60,900 nt of DNA from NCBI GenBank assembly GCA_038144835.1, contig JAYQON010000006.1:1959-62858 (forward strand). The letters run 5' to 3'. The stretch's first letter is position 1. Each line of letters begins with the position of its first letter. The stretch comes from Bdellovibrionales bacterium (lineage in GTDB: Bacteria; Bdellovibrionota; Bdellovibrionia; Bdellovibrionales; UBA1609). Positions 59,484 to 60,900 of the stretch are shown in pieces. The translations under genes were made by a program, and so were the position numbers. The notes under the pieces are model-generated. The model saw only the letters and a program-made list of their open reading frames with translations. It searched no databases and was not told the origin of the DNA.

Positions 59484-59489
59484 ACAGAT

Positions 59490-60821
59490 ATGAAATCTAA
59501 ATCTTGGAAATACCTACTCGCGGTCGTGATGTTTGTGGCAATGGCTATGACATTCGCTCGCGAGCTGACTGGAGCCGCATTTTCAGACTCGTCAACAAGT
59601 GTAAGGCAAAGCAATGGCGAGTTTTCCTACGCGGAAGTGTCGCCTACAGAGGTTGAAGTTCCTCAAACGGAAACCAAGGTCAAATGGGTCGCACCTGACT
59701 ATAACAAGCAAGAGCGGGCTTTGGGCTGGACTGCACAGACTTTCGTGCCGCCGGAAGGGATGCGGGAACGCGTTCAATTCTGGAAAGACGTTTACACCAA
59801 GTACAGTGCCGATCAGGGTTTACTTCACGATAGCAAATACGTTCATTTGGTATATGAAAATTTAGACTTTAGTGACATCACCGCGCGAGAAGATTTAAGT
59901 CCAAAGCAAAAGGAAAAAATGCGTCGTAAGCGCGTTGACGAGGCCAAAAAAATAATCGTGAGCCGATTAAAACGTCTGCATGCTCTAAAAAGCGCCGAAG
60001 GTCTTGAGGGAGAGGATCGGCGTCTTTTTAAAATGTTTGAGCAGATAGATGAAGACCAGAAATTTATTTTGGCTTCGCAACGCCGACGTCTGCGTTTTCA
60101 GCTAGGGGAACGTGATCAGTTTATGCGCGGAATCTATCAATCTGGGCGTTATTTGCGTCAAATGGAGGAAATTTTTCGGCAGGAAGGACTACCCATAGAG
60201 TTGACTCGTCTTCCTTTTGTCGAAAGTTCTTTCAATTTAAAAGCACGTTCGAAAGTGGGAGCTAGCGGGATTTGGCAGTTCATGCGGTCCACCGCTCGAA
60301 TGTATATGCGGCTTGATAAATCTGCTGATGAGCGCAATGATCCTTTACGTGCAACGCGAGCGGCAGCTCGCAAATTGCGTCAAAATTATGAAATGTTAAA
60401 GAGTTGGCCGCTGGCGGTGACCGCCTATAATCATGGTCCGGCCGGCGTGAAACGTCTTACTGAGAAAATGGGAACTACTGATATTGTTGAGTTGATTGAT
60501 GTTCGCAAAGGGAGATTTGGTTTTGCCTCTGCGAGCTTTTATGCAAGTTTTTTAGCGGCACTTGAGGTCGAAAGAACAGCCATTGAGCATTTTGGTGTGT
60601 TGGAGGTGATGCCAGAATTGCGGGGAGCGGAAATTCAAATTGGTAAAAGCCAATATGCCCGCGATTTTTTGAAATGGTTCAATCACGATATTGAGCTTGC
60701 CAAGCGCTTGAATCCGCATTTGAGCGAGCGAGTGTGGTTAAACAAAACACCCTTGGCTGGCAGGCATCATTTGCGTGTGCCAGTGTCATTGGAATCGCAA
60801 GCTCGCAGTGAACTGCAATAG
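59490..60821 (+). CDS. Lytic transglycosylase (SLT, MltD-like)
   Basis: VESSF, GIWQFM, AYNHG. Confidence 0.9.
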   Translation: MKSKSWKYLLAVVMFVAMAMTFARELTGAAFSDSSTSVRQSNGEFSYAEVSPTEVEVPQTETKVKWVAPDYNKQERALGWTAQTFVPPEGMRERVQFWKDVYTKYSADQGLLHDSKYVHLVYENLDFSDITAREDLSPKQKEKMRRKRVDEAKKIIVSRLKRLHALKSAEGLEGEDRRLFKMFEQIDEDQKFILASQRRRLRFQLGERDQFMRGIYQSGRYLRQMEEIFRQEGLPIELTRLPFVESSFNLKARSKVGASGIWQFMRSTARMYMRLDKSADERNDPLRATRAAARKLRQNYEMLKSWPLAVTAYNHGPAGVKRLTEKMGTTDIVELIDVRKGRFGFASASFYASFLAALEVERTAIEHFGVLEVMPELRGAEIQIGKSQYARDFLKWFNHDIELAKRLNPHLSERVWLNKTPLAGRHHLRVPVSLESQARSELQ

Positions 60822-60900
60822 TTAAATTTGAGGCCTTCGGAGAGTGGCGCGTCAGGAAAAGGAGTGACCCGTTTAGTGACGGCGCCCCGTGCCGCTGAGG

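Noticed and set aside
1..60900. CRISPR arrays, tRNA/rRNA genes, transposases, integrases
   Set aside because: None recognised in the sequence or the ORF track.

Overview
A 60.9-kb bacterial chromosome segment, most consistent with a Bdellovibrionota (predatory) genome. This is inferred from tandem short 276-aa flagellins followed by flaG-fliD-fliS, and from many signal-peptide-bearing hypothetical proteins. Contents, in order: three flagellin genes, each with a sigma28-like promoter; a block of secreted effector-like genes (HNH-associated-repeat protein, Fic, ADP-ribosyltransferase-like); hrpB; flaG/fliD/fliS with a Maf-like/GT9 cluster; a two-component pair; rsmD-coaD-aminotransferase; two convergent twitch-type radical SAM genes; ssb; pal-cpoB-tsaD-rsmA-smpB; rluB; phoD; an AsnB-like/GT-C pair; motAB; a DEDDh-WYL protein; an LspA fusion; a diguanylate cyclase; dacB; and a lytic transglycosylase. 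The most striking unexplained signal is non-coding and lies in the flagellin locus. The leader of flagellin 2 is collinearly antisense to the 5' end of the flagellin 1 leader, including a 16-nt perfect block. The 3' trailers form a repeated two-hairpin motif whose exposed bases are complementary to flagellin leader loops and to the flagellin 3 Shine-Dalgarno. Together these suggest an RNA-RNA network coordinating flagellin paralogs. The second signal is a set of Sec-exported proteins with cytoplasm-acting domains that share a short terminal Cys-x-x-x-Leu-like motif. All calls come from reading the sequence by eye; no searches or folding programs were run.
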